NCBI GenBank assembly: GCA_947628595.1
Contig: CANRAN010000001.1
Location: 1-34,845, forward strand
Direction of reading: 5' to 3'
Source of the DNA: an uncultured Clostridia bacterium
Lineage (GTDB): Bacteria; Bacillota; Clostridia; Oscillospirales; Acutalibacteraceae
DNA: 34,845 nt
Shown here: positions 24,797-34,845 of the stretch, one piece after another
Numbering within the stretch: position 1 is the stretch's first letter
Layout of the letters: each line of letters begins with the position of its first letter
Made by a program: the position numbers and the translations under genes
Notes under the pieces: model-generated
What the model was told of the DNA's origin: nothing
What the model saw: the letters and a program-made list of their open reading frames with translations, nothing else
Databases searched by the model: none

Positions 24797-25684
24797 TCAC
24801 CGCTTATTCATCCAATTAGGAATATCCTTTACCTCGTCATACATCTGCTTATAGCTGTTATGACGTGAAACAGGTATCTTGCCCTCTTTTACAGCCTCAA
24901 TAACCGCACAACCCTTTTCGCATATATGGGAACAGCCTGTAAACCTGCAATCATTAATATACTGCTCAAACTCGGGAAAACAATAAGCTATATCGTCCTT
25001 TCGTATCAACTCATAACGCTCTATATCGACTGTGGAGAAACCCGGAGTATCTGCAACATATCCACCGCCCACCTTATATAATTTACTGTGACGTGTTGTA
25101 TGTTTTCCCCTTCCAAGTTTGTGGCTTATCTCCGCTGTTGAGATATTAAGCTCAGGAAAAAGCGAATTGAGCAGTGAGGACTTTCCTACACCTGTATTAC
25201 CTGTAAATGCGGAAATCTTTCCATTGAGTAATGATATTATCCTTTGATTATCATTGTCGCTCCTTGTACTGTATTCAAAGCAGGTTATTCCTACGGATCT
25301 GTATATTTCCAAAAGCTCCGAGGTATCGGCAAGATCCGACTTTGTAAAAACAATTACCGGCTCTATTCCCTTACTTACAGCTACCGCACTTATTTTATCA
25401 ATAATCAGAGTACTCGGTGACGGTTCCTTTACAGAAGCTACAATGAAAAGCCTGTCGAGATTTGCAAGCGGAGGGCGGATAAGATAATTTTTTCTCGGCA
25501 GTATTTCCTCAACCTGTGCCTTATCATCAGCAATAACTGTTATCTCGACCCTATCCCCGACAGACGGACTTATACCCTTTTTCCTGAATATTCCCCGTGC
25601 CTTACACTCATATACACAATCAGCGGCTTCAACATAGTAGAAACCGCTGACTGCTTTAATAATCAGTCCTGTTAATCTTTCCAT
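24797..25684 (-). CDS. rsgA: Ribosome small-subunit biogenesis GTPase RsgA (YloQ/CpgA)
   Basis: Circularly permuted GTPase with TKSDL, then GNTGVGKSSLLNSL, and the C-terminal zinc cluster CRFTGCSHICEKGC. N-terminal OB fold. Confidence 0.95.
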   Translation of the reverse strand: MERLTGLIIKAVSGFYYVEAADCVYECKARGIFRKKGISPSVGDRVEITVIADDKAQVEEILPRKNYLIRPPLANLDRLFIVASVKEPSPSTLIIDKISAVAVSKGIEPVIVFTKSDLADTSELLEIYRSVGITCFEYSTRSDNDNQRIISLLNGKISAFTGNTGVGKSSLLNSLFPELNISTAEISHKLGRGKHTTRHSKLYKVGGGYVADTPGFSTVDIERYELIRKDDIAYCFPEFEQYINDCRFTGCSHICEKGCAVIEAVKEGKIPVSRHNSYKQMYDEVKDIPNWMNKR

Positions 25685-25695
25685 AGCCCACCGAC

Positions 25696-28272
25696 TCAGA
25701 AAATAAGCATACTTTCGGGATTATATCTTCCCGTAGGTCTTCTTATCCCCATTTCCGCTGCTGTTGAGGGTCCTGAGGGCGTAGTCTCCCCTGAATTCTG
25801 AAGCTTCGGAACCATATCTATCTCATTCTTAGCCTGAGCAATATAATCATATATTTCTTCAATAGACTCCGAACCCTGAATCTTTGTATTATATTCATCT
25901 ATAATACCCTCAACCGTCGTCCAATCCTCATTCGAATAATAATTAGCAAACGCATAGGCATTTATCTCGGCATATGCATCTTGTTTGGTTTGCTCAAGGT
26001 CATCTGCTGCGGAACCCTGCGAGGACTGTTCAGGCGTGCTTGACTCATTCGGAACACTTGATTCCTCAAGCGGAGTAAAGGCATCTATTTCGGACTTTGC
26101 CTGCTCAAGAAGCTGTGCCACCTCATCGGTGCTCTTGGCAGCATTTATGCTTTCGGTATAATTATCAATTATTCCCTGTATCTGTTCTACGTCTTCCGGA
26201 CTGTAATCATCCATATTAACATAGCTGTTCAACTCATTCAAAGCCGTTTCCACACTTTCGGCAAGCTCCTCCGGGTTAGTACCTGCCGCCCCCTGCTTAA
26301 TAACATACTTGTCGTTGTGATACTTATTTGTTACACTGCCTGTTTTGAAATCAAACAAATACTCTGCATACCTCTTACCGTCTACCATAACAGTAACGGT
26401 CTTTTGTGTCATCTTTTCATTATCAGCCCGTAACTCAATTTCAAAATTAAATCCATTAGCCGGACTTCCGGTTCTCTCATCAAGCTTTGTGCCGTTTACA
26501 TTCACCGTCACCGTTATATCGGCATATTCTTCCTTGAGCGTATCGTCAATAACATCATATTTAATGCTTTTCAGCAGCTTGCTTCCGTCACTTGTCTGAA
26601 TCGTAATGAGTGAACCCTTTGTAAGACTGTTTCCCGCAAGCGGATCCGTTCCGACTACCTTACCTTTCTCAATATCTCCCACAACATCTGCCTTCTGTGT
26701 TGTGAACCCCTTAGCCTCAAGCTCCTGCTTTGCCTTTTCATATGTCATACCCGCAACATTCGGCAGTTCTACCTTTTCAACAGCCGGACCGTCACTTACA
26801 ATCAAAGTTATGGTAGTTCCTATCTCCTGTTCCATTCCCTCCTGCGGTGAGCAGTCAATAACATATCCCTTTGCCACCTCAGTGCTGTTTACTCTTGCAA
26901 CATAGCAGCTGAAATACCTACCCTCAAGCTTCTGTATAGCCTCCTGCTCGGTATAATTCTTAACCTTGGGGATCTGCATTGTTGTACTCTTGCTGTTTAT
27001 AACAAGCTTTATTGTCGCATTTTCCTTTACCTGCTTTGAGCCTGCCTCCGGATCCTGAGAAAGTATCATATTCATCGGCTTATCTTCCTCATACTGGGCG
27101 GATATCTCATACTTGAATTTATAATCCTTATTTGACTGTATCTCGTCATACATCTGTCCGACAAACTGAGGAACATCGACATCTTTGGTTTCATTTGCCC
27201 TCATACTGTTATTGACAAGCATATAAATCATTATTCCTATCGCCGCAATAAGCAGGACTATCATAACAGCCGTTACCCACTTCACAACTGTTTTTGATGT
27301 ACTTCCCGCAAGCTCATCGTCATATCTGTCATAATCATCATCATATGCAGGCTCAGGGGATGCAGATGATACATTGTTTATGGAATCAACATATCTTGTC
27401 GGGGTTTCATCTACAAAATAGCTGTACTTGAACTTTACTGACGGATTATGTCTGAATATTTCAATGGCCTCGAGCATCTCACTTGCGGACGCATATCTTT
27501 GTGCCGGATCCTTCCGCATTGCCTTTAGAGTTATCTCTTCAATACCCTCGGGGATATTTTCATTTATCTTGCGAAGCGGCTCTGGATCATTCTGCATCTG
27601 CATTATAGCAACCGATACCGCACTGTCCGCCTCAAAGGGAAGCTTTCCGGTAAGCATTTCATAAAGCATAACACCGACAGAATATATGTCCGCCTTGCCG
27701 TCAATGTTATCGTCACCCCTTGCCTGCTCAGGTGCGATATAATGAACAGAACCTATCGCCTTATCCGTCATTGTTCGTGTCACGTTATCGGAAAAATGGG
27801 CAATACCGAAATCCGTTACCTTTATCGTTCCGTCCTGAAGCAGCATTATATTCTGCGGCTTCATATCCCTGTGGACTATGCCCTTTTCATGTGCGTGCTG
27901 CATAGCCTGAAGTATCTGTACAGTAAAATGTACGGCTTCTTTCCACGGTATAACGTGCTGATGCTCGATATATTCCTTGAGAGTTATACCGTCTATATAT
28001 TCCATAACGATATACTGTATCTTATCTCCGAAGCTTACATCGTTTACCTTTACGATATTCGGGTGGGAAAGTACAGCAATCGCCTTACTTTCGTTTTTAA
28101 ATCTCCTAATAAACTCACTATTGGTTGAAAATTCATCCTTGAGAATTTTTATGGCAACAGTGGTATCATCAATGGTATCATGCGCCTTATATACCATTGC
28201 CATACCGCCGACACCTATAAGCTCCTGTATTTCATATCTGCCGTCAAGCCTTTTTCCTGTATATTTATCCAT
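25696..28272 (-). CDS. prkC: PASTA-domain Ser/Thr protein kinase (PrkC/PknB-like) with an extra C-terminal tandem-repeat module (858 aa)
   Basis: Hanks kinase motifs (GVGGMAMVYKA, HRDMKPQNIM, DFGIA, APEQ), a single TM (residues ~328-350), three PASTA repeats, a beta-rich domain, then two ~68 aa helical repeats. Confidence 0.95.
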   Translation of the reverse strand: MDKYTGKRLDGRYEIQELIGVGGMAMVYKAHDTIDDTTVAIKILKDEFSTNSEFIRRFKNESKAIAVLSHPNIVKVNDVSFGDKIQYIVMEYIDGITLKEYIEHQHVIPWKEAVHFTVQILQAMQHAHEKGIVHRDMKPQNIMLLQDGTIKVTDFGIAHFSDNVTRTMTDKAIGSVHYIAPEQARGDDNIDGKADIYSVGVMLYEMLTGKLPFEADSAVSVAIMQMQNDPEPLRKINENIPEGIEEITLKAMRKDPAQRYASASEMLEAIEIFRHNPSVKFKYSYFVDETPTRYVDSINNVSSASPEPAYDDDYDRYDDELAGSTSKTVVKWVTAVMIVLLIAAIGIMIYMLVNNSMRANETKDVDVPQFVGQMYDEIQSNKDYKFKYEISAQYEEDKPMNMILSQDPEAGSKQVKENATIKLVINSKSTTMQIPKVKNYTEQEAIQKLEGRYFSCYVARVNSTEVAKGYVIDCSPQEGMEQEIGTTITLIVSDGPAVEKVELPNVAGMTYEKAKQELEAKGFTTQKADVVGDIEKGKVVGTDPLAGNSLTKGSLITIQTSDGSKLLKSIKYDVIDDTLKEEYADITVTVNVNGTKLDERTGSPANGFNFEIELRADNEKMTQKTVTVMVDGKRYAEYLFDFKTGSVTNKYHNDKYVIKQGAAGTNPEELAESVETALNELNSYVNMDDYSPEDVEQIQGIIDNYTESINAAKSTDEVAQLLEQAKSEIDAFTPLEESSVPNESSTPEQSSQGSAADDLEQTKQDAYAEINAYAFANYYSNEDWTTVEGIIDEYNTKIQGSESIEEIYDYIAQAKNEIDMVPKLQNSGETTPSGPSTAAEMGIRRPTGRYNPESMLIF

Positions 28273-28294
28273 TTATGAACTCCCTCCAAGCCTT

Positions 28295-29023
28295 TTAATC
28301 CGCAATAACCGCCACAGTTATATTATCACTGCCGCCAAGCTCTTTTGCAGCTTCTATCAGTTTGTCTGTCAATTCCTCAGATTTATATTCCCTCACAAAA
28401 TCAAGCAGCCTGTCATCTGTTATATAATTCGACAAACCGTCTGTACACATAACAAGACTTGCACCGTCCTCAAATTCAACGGTATTGTAGTCTGTCCTCA
28501 GTTCAGGCTCTGTTCCGAGTGCCCTTGTTATTATGTTCCGTCTCGGGTGCTGTCTTGCCTGTTCCCGTGTTATCTCCCCAATATCAACAAGCTGCTGTAC
28601 AACGGAATGATCCGTTGTTATCTGACGAACTCCCTCGTCACTGCATATATATGCCCTGCTGTCACCTGCATGGATTATATGTGCCCTCTTCTTTTTCACC
28701 ACCGCACACACAACCGTTGTTCCCATTCCGTCAAGTCCGGGGACATGAATTGCCATATCAAATACAGCCTTATTTGCATATTCTACGGAAAGCTGTAATA
28801 AATTACGTATTCCCTCCGGAGACATATCCCCGTTATAGCCGCTTGTTAATGACTCGGATATATTTTCGGCAGCAACACGGCTTGCTATACTTCCGCCCTG
28901 TGCTCCCCCCATTCCGTCGCAAACAACCGCCCACACGGTTCCATCAGAAAAGGTACCTGTCATACAGTAATCCTGGTTTGTACTTCTTTTCAAACCCACA
29001 TCACTTTTTGAATATATCTCCAT
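28295..29023 (-). CDS. prpC: PP2C-family Ser/Thr phosphatase (Stp/PrpC)
   Basis: 242 aa with the motifs VCDGMGG, GTTVV, HAGDSR, LVMCTDGL and GGSDNITV, directly upstream of the kinase gene. Confidence 0.93.
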   Translation of the reverse strand: MEIYSKSDVGLKRSTNQDYCMTGTFSDGTVWAVVCDGMGGAQGGSIASRVAAENISESLTSGYNGDMSPEGIRNLLQLSVEYANKAVFDMAIHVPGLDGMGTTVVCAVVKKKRAHIIHAGDSRAYICSDEGVRQITTDHSVVQQLVDIGEITREQARQHPRRNIITRALGTEPELRTDYNTVEFEDGASLVMCTDGLSNYITDDRLLDFVREYKSEELTDKLIEAAKELGGSDNITVAVIAD

Positions 29024-29077
29024 TTTGATTTCCCCCTAATCCGTCGGCGGTATTCCGACCTCTTCAAAAACTCAATT

Positions 29078-30118
29078 TCAGGCTTGTTCCGCAGCCTGTC
29101 GTCTGAGCTGTCCGCAGGAAGCATTTATATCACTCCCGAGAGTTCTCCTTATTGTTGCGGTTATTCCCGATTTTGCAAGAACCCTGATAAAGGACTCCAT
29201 TCTGTCCCTCTTGCTTTTTCTGTATCCTGTCCCCTTAACCGAATTAACAGGTATAAGATTCACATGGGCAATAATCCCATTCAATCTTTTCCCAAGCTCT
29301 GCTGCCGAGCTGTCGCTGTCATTTATGCCGTCTATCATTGCATATTCAAAGGAAATTCTTCTTCCTGTTTGTCTGCAATAATACCGACAGGCTTCAAGAA
29401 GACTTTCCATATCATACCTTCTGTTTATCGGCATTGTCCTGCTTCTTATTTCATCATTCGGTGCATGAAGTGATACCGAAAGCGTGAGCTGAAGCTTCAT
29501 ATCGGCAAGCTCATATATCCTCGGCACTATTCCGCACGTTGAAAGCGATATGTGCCTCATTCCTATGTTCATGCCGTTTTCATCTGTAACAAGCCTCAAA
29601 AAACGGATAACATTATCAAAGTTATCAAGCGGCTCACCCATCCCCATTAGCACAACATTGGATATACGTATATTATTATCCCTCTGCTCGCTCTGTAATT
29701 GCGCTATCATCTCCGAGGCTGTCAAATTTCTTGAAAATCCGCTTTTACCCGTTGCACAGAACGTACAACCCATTTTACACCCTACCTGAGTGGAAATACA
29801 GCTTGTATATCCGTGGTGGTATTTCATCAAAACAGACTCAACACATTCCCCATCGACAAAGGAAAACAAATATTTCCTTGTATCATCATAAGACGAAATT
29901 AACTTTTTTTCAATAGCTGCGTTGGATATATAGCAGTTTTCACCAAGCGTTTGACGTAATTTCTGAGAAATATTAGTCATTTCGTCAAAGGAATTTACTC
30001 CCTCGTGCAGCCATTTGAAAATCTGGAGTGCTCTGTACTTTTGCTCTCCGAGCTTTTTCAGCATATCCTCAAGCTCATTCAGATACATTGATTTTATATC
30101 TGTTCGCATACAGTTCAC
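29078..30118 (-). CDS. rlmN: Radical SAM 23S rRNA/tRNA A2503/A37 methyltransferase RlmN
   Basis: CKMGCTFCATG radical SAM cluster motif, conserved C-terminal Cys (SCGQL). ATGA overlap with the rsmB stop. Confidence 0.95.
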   Translation of the reverse strand: MNCMRTDIKSMYLNELEDMLKKLGEQKYRALQIFKWLHEGVNSFDEMTNISQKLRQTLGENCYISNAAIEKKLISSYDDTRKYLFSFVDGECVESVLMKYHHGYTSCISTQVGCKMGCTFCATGKSGFSRNLTASEMIAQLQSEQRDNNIRISNVVLMGMGEPLDNFDNVIRFLRLVTDENGMNIGMRHISLSTCGIVPRIYELADMKLQLTLSVSLHAPNDEIRSRTMPINRRYDMESLLEACRYYCRQTGRRISFEYAMIDGINDSDSSAAELGKRLNGIIAHVNLIPVNSVKGTGYRKSKRDRMESFIRVLAKSGITATIRRTLGSDINASCGQLRRQAAEQA

Positions 30119-31449
30119 TTCCTTCTTATGGCACTGATAAAGAAACCGTCCGTTCCGTTTATATGCGGAAACAATGTTAGTTCATTATCGGGCTCATCAA
30201 TAACTCTTTTTATCCCCTTCGGAATGTCAAGTGCATACGGCTCAAAGTCATTATGCTCACCCAGAAATCTGCGTATATTCATCCCGTTTTCGGATGGATT
30301 AAGAGTACAGGTAGAATATATCAATATTCCCCTTTCTTTTACAAAGCCTGCACAATTACACAGTATAAGATACTGCAAATCCGGCAAGCTGTCAAGCCCC
30401 AAATCATTTTTATATCTCAGTTCAGGCTTTCTCCTTATTATTCCAAGTCCCGAACACGGTACGTCACAAAGCACTCTGTCTGATATCGGAAAAGCCTTAT
30501 ATACCGAGCTGTCGGCTTCAATAGTTTCTATAATATCAATACCGAGTCGCTTTGCGCCCTGTCTTACAAGCCTGAGCCTGTTTTCGTACATATCACAGGA
30601 AATAATTTTTCCCTTATTTTCCATATACTGTGCTATTGTAAACGCTTTTCCACCGGGTGCCGAGCAGGCATCAATAACAGTATTGCCCGGTTCCGCAGCC
30701 AGTAATCGGCAGCAAAGCTGTGAGGCAGTATCCTGTATATGAAAGCAGCCGTCTGAATATTGTCTGATATTTTCTATTGAGCCTGTTCCGCTGAGCAGAA
30801 TACAATCATCAAGCAGTTTTGAACATTCCGCCTCAATTTTCTCATTATGTAGTGATAAAATTAGATTTTCACTATCCGTTTTCAGCATATTCACTCTTGC
30901 CGCAATGGGGGGTCTGCCCTCAAGAGTACCGAGTATTCCCTCGGTTATTTCATCACCATAGCTTACTCTCCACAGCCTTATTATTTCTTCCGGACAAGAA
31001 TATCTTATTGACAGATATTTATTCTTACCCCTACGTTTATCCGGAAGTGATAGCTCATCTGCCCTTGAAGCACGTCTCAAAACACCGTTTGCATATCCCG
31101 AAGCACTATAAAGGTTATTTTCTTTACACAGTCTTACGCTTTCATTAACAGCCGCTGATACCGGCACGCTATCCATAAAAAACAGTTGATAAAGCCCCAT
31201 ACGTAATATAACAAGCATTCCTGCATCAAGCTTATTTATCGGTCTGTCCGAAAATTGGGATAAATTATAATCAAGCAAAAGCTTCTTCTCAAGTACACCA
31301 TAAAACAGCACTGAAGCAAATGCCTTGTCACGCATATCCGCATTACTCCCGGATAACACAGCATTAAGCGCTATATTTGAATATGCCTGCTCCCTCTCTA
31401 TGCGCATGAGAGCCTCAAATGCAAGCTGCCTTGACGATTTTGACATCAT
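30115..31449 (-). CDS. rsmB: 16S rRNA m5C967 methyltransferase RsmB (Sun)
   Basis: NusB-like N-terminal domain plus a SAM methyltransferase domain with DACSAPGGK and DVPCSGLG, and a catalytic Cys in YSTCT. Confidence 0.93.
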   Translation of the reverse strand: MMSKSSRQLAFEALMRIEREQAYSNIALNAVLSGSNADMRDKAFASVLFYGVLEKKLLLDYNLSQFSDRPINKLDAGMLVILRMGLYQLFFMDSVPVSAAVNESVRLCKENNLYSASGYANGVLRRASRADELSLPDKRRGKNKYLSIRYSCPEEIIRLWRVSYGDEITEGILGTLEGRPPIAARVNMLKTDSENLILSLHNEKIEAECSKLLDDCILLSGTGSIENIRQYSDGCFHIQDTASQLCCRLLAAEPGNTVIDACSAPGGKAFTIAQYMENKGKIISCDMYENRLRLVRQGAKRLGIDIIETIEADSSVYKAFPISDRVLCDVPCSGLGIIRRKPELRYKNDLGLDSLPDLQYLILCNCAGFVKERGILIYSTCTLNPSENGMNIRRFLGEHNDFEPYALDIPKGIKRVIDEPDNELTLFPHINGTDGFFISAIRRK

Positions 31450-31458
31450 CCGCTCTCC

Positions 31459-32382
31459 TTATGAAAACCTTAAATTTTTCGGGTCTGCTTCATGCAGTCC
31501 GTTTATAAATTCCTGTGCGGTCATTTTTCTCTTTCCCTCAGGCTGGATTTCGATTATCTCAATCGAACCCACTCCGCAAGCAACTATCAACGGACTGATA
31601 GATAGAACCTGTCCCGGCTCTCCATTCTCTTTTGAAACAAGCGTCCTGTGCAGTTTTACCCTTTTACCGTTAATCTTTGCTGTTGCTCCCGGCCATGAAT
31701 TAAGTCCTCTTATACGGTTATGAACATCCTGCGCCCTTTGTGTAAAATCTATGACGGACATATCCTTTGTAAGCATTTTTGCATACGAGGATTTTGAGTC
31801 ATCCTGCCTTTCCCGTACAAGAGTACCCTTTTCTGCGGAATGTACTACCATAACAATAAGCTCAGCCCCTGCCTCGGCAAGTCTGTCGTGCAGCTCATCA
31901 GCGGTTTCATTCTCGCCAATTTCAATTTCTGTTTTCATCAGCATATCGCCTGTGTCAAGCCCGACATCCATATACATTGCCGTAACTCCGGTTTTAGCTT
32001 TACCGTCAATTATTGCAGTCTGTATCGGTGAAGCACCTCTGTACTCGGGCAAAAGTGAGGCATGGACATTTATACAGCCGTATTTCGGAAAATCTATAAT
32101 TTCCTTAGGCAATATCTTACCGTATGCGGCGACCACTATCATTTCGGGGGCAAGCTCCTTTAATGTTTCAAGTGCCTTACCGTCCTTGAGTGTTGTCGGC
32201 TGATAAACCTGTAAGCCGTTTTCAAGTGCGGCCACCTTTACAGGGGGAGGTGTCAATGTTAGCTTTCGCCCTTTCGGCTTATCGGGTTGGGAAAAAACTC
32301 CGACTATCTCATTCCCGTCATCTATCAATGCCTTAAGACACGGAACGGCAAAATCGGGTGTACCCATAAAAACTATCTTCAT
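31459..32382 (-). CDS. fmt: Methionyl-tRNA formyltransferase
   Basis: MKIVFMGTPDFAVP N-terminus and the HASLLPEYRGASPIQ motif. I prefer the ATG at 32382 (GAGG 6 nt upstream) to the track TTG at 32403. Confidence 0.95.
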   Translation of the reverse strand: MKIVFMGTPDFAVPCLKALIDDGNEIVGVFSQPDKPKGRKLTLTPPPVKVAALENGLQVYQPTTLKDGKALETLKELAPEMIVVAAYGKILPKEIIDFPKYGCINVHASLLPEYRGASPIQTAIIDGKAKTGVTAMYMDVGLDTGDMLMKTEIEIGENETADELHDRLAEAGAELIVMVVHSAEKGTLVRERQDDSKSSYAKMLTKDMSVIDFTQRAQDVHNRIRGLNSWPGATAKINGKRVKLHRTLVSKENGEPGQVLSISPLIVACGVGSIEIIEIQPEGKRKMTAQEFINGLHEADPKNLRFS

Positions 32383-32399
32383 ATCATACCTCGTTTTCC

Positions 32400-32867
32400 T
32401 CAATCCCTAAACTCTGAGGGGTCTATTTTCCTTATGATGTGTTCTTTGAAAAGAATACCGTCAAGGTGGTCATTTTCGTGGCATATTGCCTTTGCAAGAA
32501 GTCCCTCCGCATTGAGAGTAAATTTATCCCCACATCTGTCATATGCTGTAACCGTCACATACATCGGTCGCACTGTTATACCAAATTCACCCGGACAAGA
32601 AAGACAGCCCTCGCTTCCCTCTTGCTGTCCCTTTGTCTTAATTATCTTAGGATTGACAAATTCAATCTTCCCGTCACCGATATCTATAACAAAAATCCTG
32701 CGGAGAATACCCACCTGCGGTGCGGCAAGACCAACTCCCTCTCCGTTTATCATGGTTTCATACATATCATCAAGCAGCACTGCAAGCTTTCCATCAAATT
32801 TTTCTACCGGACGACAAACCTTTGTCAGAATCGGGTCGCCCTCTTTTACAATATTTCTTAAAGCCAT
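32400..32867 (-). CDS. def: Peptide deformylase
   Basis: GVGLAAPQVG, EGCLS and HENDHLDG metal-binding motifs. I prefer the ATG at 32867 (GGAGG 5 nt upstream; MALRNIVKEGDPIL) to the track start at 32900. Confidence 0.95.
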   Translation of the reverse strand: MALRNIVKEGDPILTKVCRPVEKFDGKLAVLLDDMYETMINGEGVGLAAPQVGILRRIFVIDIGDGKIEFVNPKIIKTKGQQEGSEGCLSCPGEFGITVRPMYVTVTAYDRCGDKFTLNAEGLLAKAICHENDHLDGILFKEHIIRKIDPSEFRD

Positions 32868-32910
32868 AACATCCTCCGATTTATCTGCACTTCTGTGCAT
32901 ATTTTTTATT

Positions 32911-34845
32911 CTATATAATACTGTCGGGGTCTATATCGGCATATGCGGAAACATCCGAATATTGTCTGCTGTTTCCGATATCTATGAGGAGTCCCGACAA
33001 CATTTCACGAAATCTTTTACAATTTTTAAATTTTATGATTATCCTATACCGGTACTTTCCGCCCATCTTTGAAATGGATGCCGGTGATGGTCCCATAACA
33101 CGAAGCGGCAATTCGGTATATATATCCCTTGCAACAGCTTTAAGCCTTTCGGTAAAATAATCTGCTGCATCGTGTGCTTTTTGCTTATCCTCTGCCGAGA
33201 AGGCGACAACACCTATATCCGCAAACGGCGGATACAGCATCGCCCGTCTTAGCTCTATCTCAGCCTTGAAAAACTCATCATAATTCTGTGCTGCGGCAAA
33301 TTCTATTATAGGATTTTCAGGCTCATATGTCTGAATTATCGCTCTACCCTCAAGTCCTCCTCTGCCTGAACGTCCTACAACCTGTGTAAGCAGTGAAAAT
33401 GTACGCTCATAGCTCCTGAAATCATCGCCATGCAGCATACTGTCGGCTGACAACACGCCAACAAGCGTAACATTCGGGAAATCAAGTCCCTTAGCAACCA
33501 TTTGCGTACCAAGCATTATATCATATCTTCCGTTACGAAAATCACCCAATTTTTTCTCATAGGCATATCTCTGCATTGTGGAATCCGTATCAAGACGGAG
33601 TATTCCGGCATCGGGAAAAAATTCCCTAAGCTCCTGCTCCGCCCTCTGTGTTCCGACCCCGGAATATCTAAGCCTATCAGAGCCGCATGACGGACATCTG
33701 TCCGGCGCCGGTATATTATATCCGCAATAGTGACACATAAGCCTGTTATTCGCACTGTGGAACGTAAGCGATATCGAGCAATTCGGACATGATATTACCT
33801 CATTACAGGAACGGCACGCAACAAATGTATTATGCCCCCTGCGGTTCAGAAGTATTATAGACTGATGACCGTATTTCAGATTATCCTCAATCGCCTCAAG
33901 CAAAACCGAGCTGTATCCTGAATTGTTCCCCTGCTCACGTTCTATATTCATATCCGCTGTTATAACGTGGGGAAGTCTTGCATTTCCGTATCTTCTGTCA
34001 AGCCGGCTGAGATTATATCTTCCGCTCTGTGCATAATAGCAGCTCTCCACCGACGGTGTTGCCGAGGACAGGACAAGCGGACATCCATTCATAAGGCACC
34101 TGTATTTTGCAAGCTCTCTTGCATGGAATCTCGGCGTTGCCGAGGATTTATAACTGTATTCCTGCTCCTCGTCCATAACTATAAGACCGAGATTTTCCAT
34201 TGGTGCAAATATTGCCGAGCGTGTACCGACTGCAATATTCGCCTCACCGTTTTTTACCCTTTTCCATTCCTCAAGTCTCTTACCGAGAGATAAGCCGCTG
34301 TGAAATACCGCAATGCGTTTTCCGTATCTTGCAGTAAATTTTGACAAAAGCTGAGGTGTCAGGGAAATTTCGGGAACCATACATATTATGCCCCTGCCGT
34401 CCTCATTTACTCTATCAATCAGCTTCATAAAAACCGAGGTTTTGCCGCTTCCCGTTATACCGTAAAGCAGTGATACCGAGGGTTCTCCGCTTTGATATTG
34501 TTTTAACAGGTCATTGTAGGCACGTTCCTGCTGACCCGTGAGCACTATATCCTCCCTATCCGTTTCAGACTCCGAAAAAGCCTGCATCTTAGGCGGTTTT
34601 GCATCAAAATACTCGCATATTCCCCTTTTTACAAGATTATCGGGAACAGAAATACCGACTCCGGTAAAATAGCATATTTCTTTTACCGAGGCTTCACCTA
34701 TGTCCCTTAGTACCCTCAGCACCGCCTCCTGCGAGGCAGTATATTTTCTATCGGGTATTTCACCCCTTAGTCTTATCATCCTTACAGTGACGTCTGCGAC
34801 ACGCTTTTTTACCGTTTCTGTCCTGTTTATTATTCCCTTTTCAAC
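32911..34845 (-). CDS. priA: Primosomal replication-restart helicase PriA (5' end lies beyond the right edge of the window)
   Basis: GITGSGKT Walker A, DEEQ box, and the Cys-rich zinc insertion (CRSCNEVISCPNCS...CHYCG...CPSCG). The frame stays open from 34779 to 34845 (VEKGIINRTETVKKRVADVTVR upstream of the first Met). The Walker A lies only ~105 residues from that Met, so the true start is outside the window. Confidence 0.95.
   Translation of the reverse strand, partial: VEKGIINRTETVKKRVADVTVRMIRLRGEIPDRKYTASQEAVLRVLRDIGEASVKEICYFTGVGISVPDNLVKRGICEYFDAKPPKMQAFSESETDREDIVLTGQQERAYNDLLKQYQSGEPSVSLLYGITGSGKTSVFMKLIDRVNEDGRGIICMVPEISLTPQLLSKFTARYGKRIAVFHSGLSLGKRLEEWKRVKNGEANIAVGTRSAIFAPMENLGLIVMDEEQEYSYKSSATPRFHARELAKYRCLMNGCPLVLSSATPSVESCYYAQSGRYNLSRLDRRYGNARLPHVITADMNIEREQGNNSGYSSVLLEAIEDNLKYGHQSIILLNRRGHNTFVACRSCNEVISCPNCSISLTFHSANNRLMCHYCGYNIPAPDRCPSCGSDRLRYSGVGTQRAEQELREFFPDAGILRLDTDSTMQRYAYEKKLGDFRNGRYDIMLGTQMVAKGLDFPNVTLVGVLSADSMLHGDDFRSYERTFSLLTQVVGRSGRGGLEGRAIIQTYEPENPIIEFAAAQNYDEFFKAEIELRRAMLYPPFADIGVVAFSAEDKQKAHDAADYFTERLKAVARDIYTELPLRVMGPSPASISKMGGKYRYRIIIKFKNCKRFREMLSGLLIDIGNSRQYSDVSAYADIDPDSII

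Noticed and set aside
27977-28798. 273 aa plus-strand ORF spanning the prkC/stp junction
   Set aside because: It is antisense to two conserved genes, Cys/Ser/Leu-rich, and has no translation signals.
32287-33072. 261 aa plus-strand ORF across fmt, def and priA
   Set aside because: It is antisense to three conserved genes and crosses their boundaries. It is a shadow ORF.

Overview
The window looks like mostly core chromosome from a low-GC Gram-positive bacterium, Firmicutes/Clostridia-like and apparently a spore former (inferred from gene content and operon order only). Left to right: the 5' end of a lipoprotein gene (-); secA (-); a divergent pair of uncharacterized genes sharing a ~480 bp AT-rich control region; the rimP-nusA-ylxR-ylxQ-infB operon (+) ending in tandem terminators. 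A convergent ~9.2 kb type IV pilus cluster follows (-): fused pilMN, pilO-like, pilD, pilB, pilT, pilC, then two prepilin genes behind their own promoter. Next come a four-LysM protein (-), an RsuA-family pseudouridine synthase (+) and an orphan sugar-type ABC ATPase (+). The window ends with the conserved priA-def-fmt-rsmB-rlmN-stp-prkC-rsgA-thiN operon (-), priA running off the right edge. Just downstream of thiN is a 38-codon SpoVM-like ORF that the >=60 aa ORF track misses. I saw no rRNA/tRNA genes, CRISPR array, transposase/integrase or long DNA repeat. I cannot support a clearly novel multi-gene system. The best leads are the two divergent unknown genes (3393..5718), the PASTA kinase with an added tandem-repeat C-terminal module, a prepilin peptidase with a ~50 aa acidic loop insertion, a tandem MshEN-type c-di-GMP-binding motif in PilB, a strong hairpin in the rimP leader, and the extended spoVM-like ORF. 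All promoter, terminator and motif calls are by eye and need computational or experimental confirmation.
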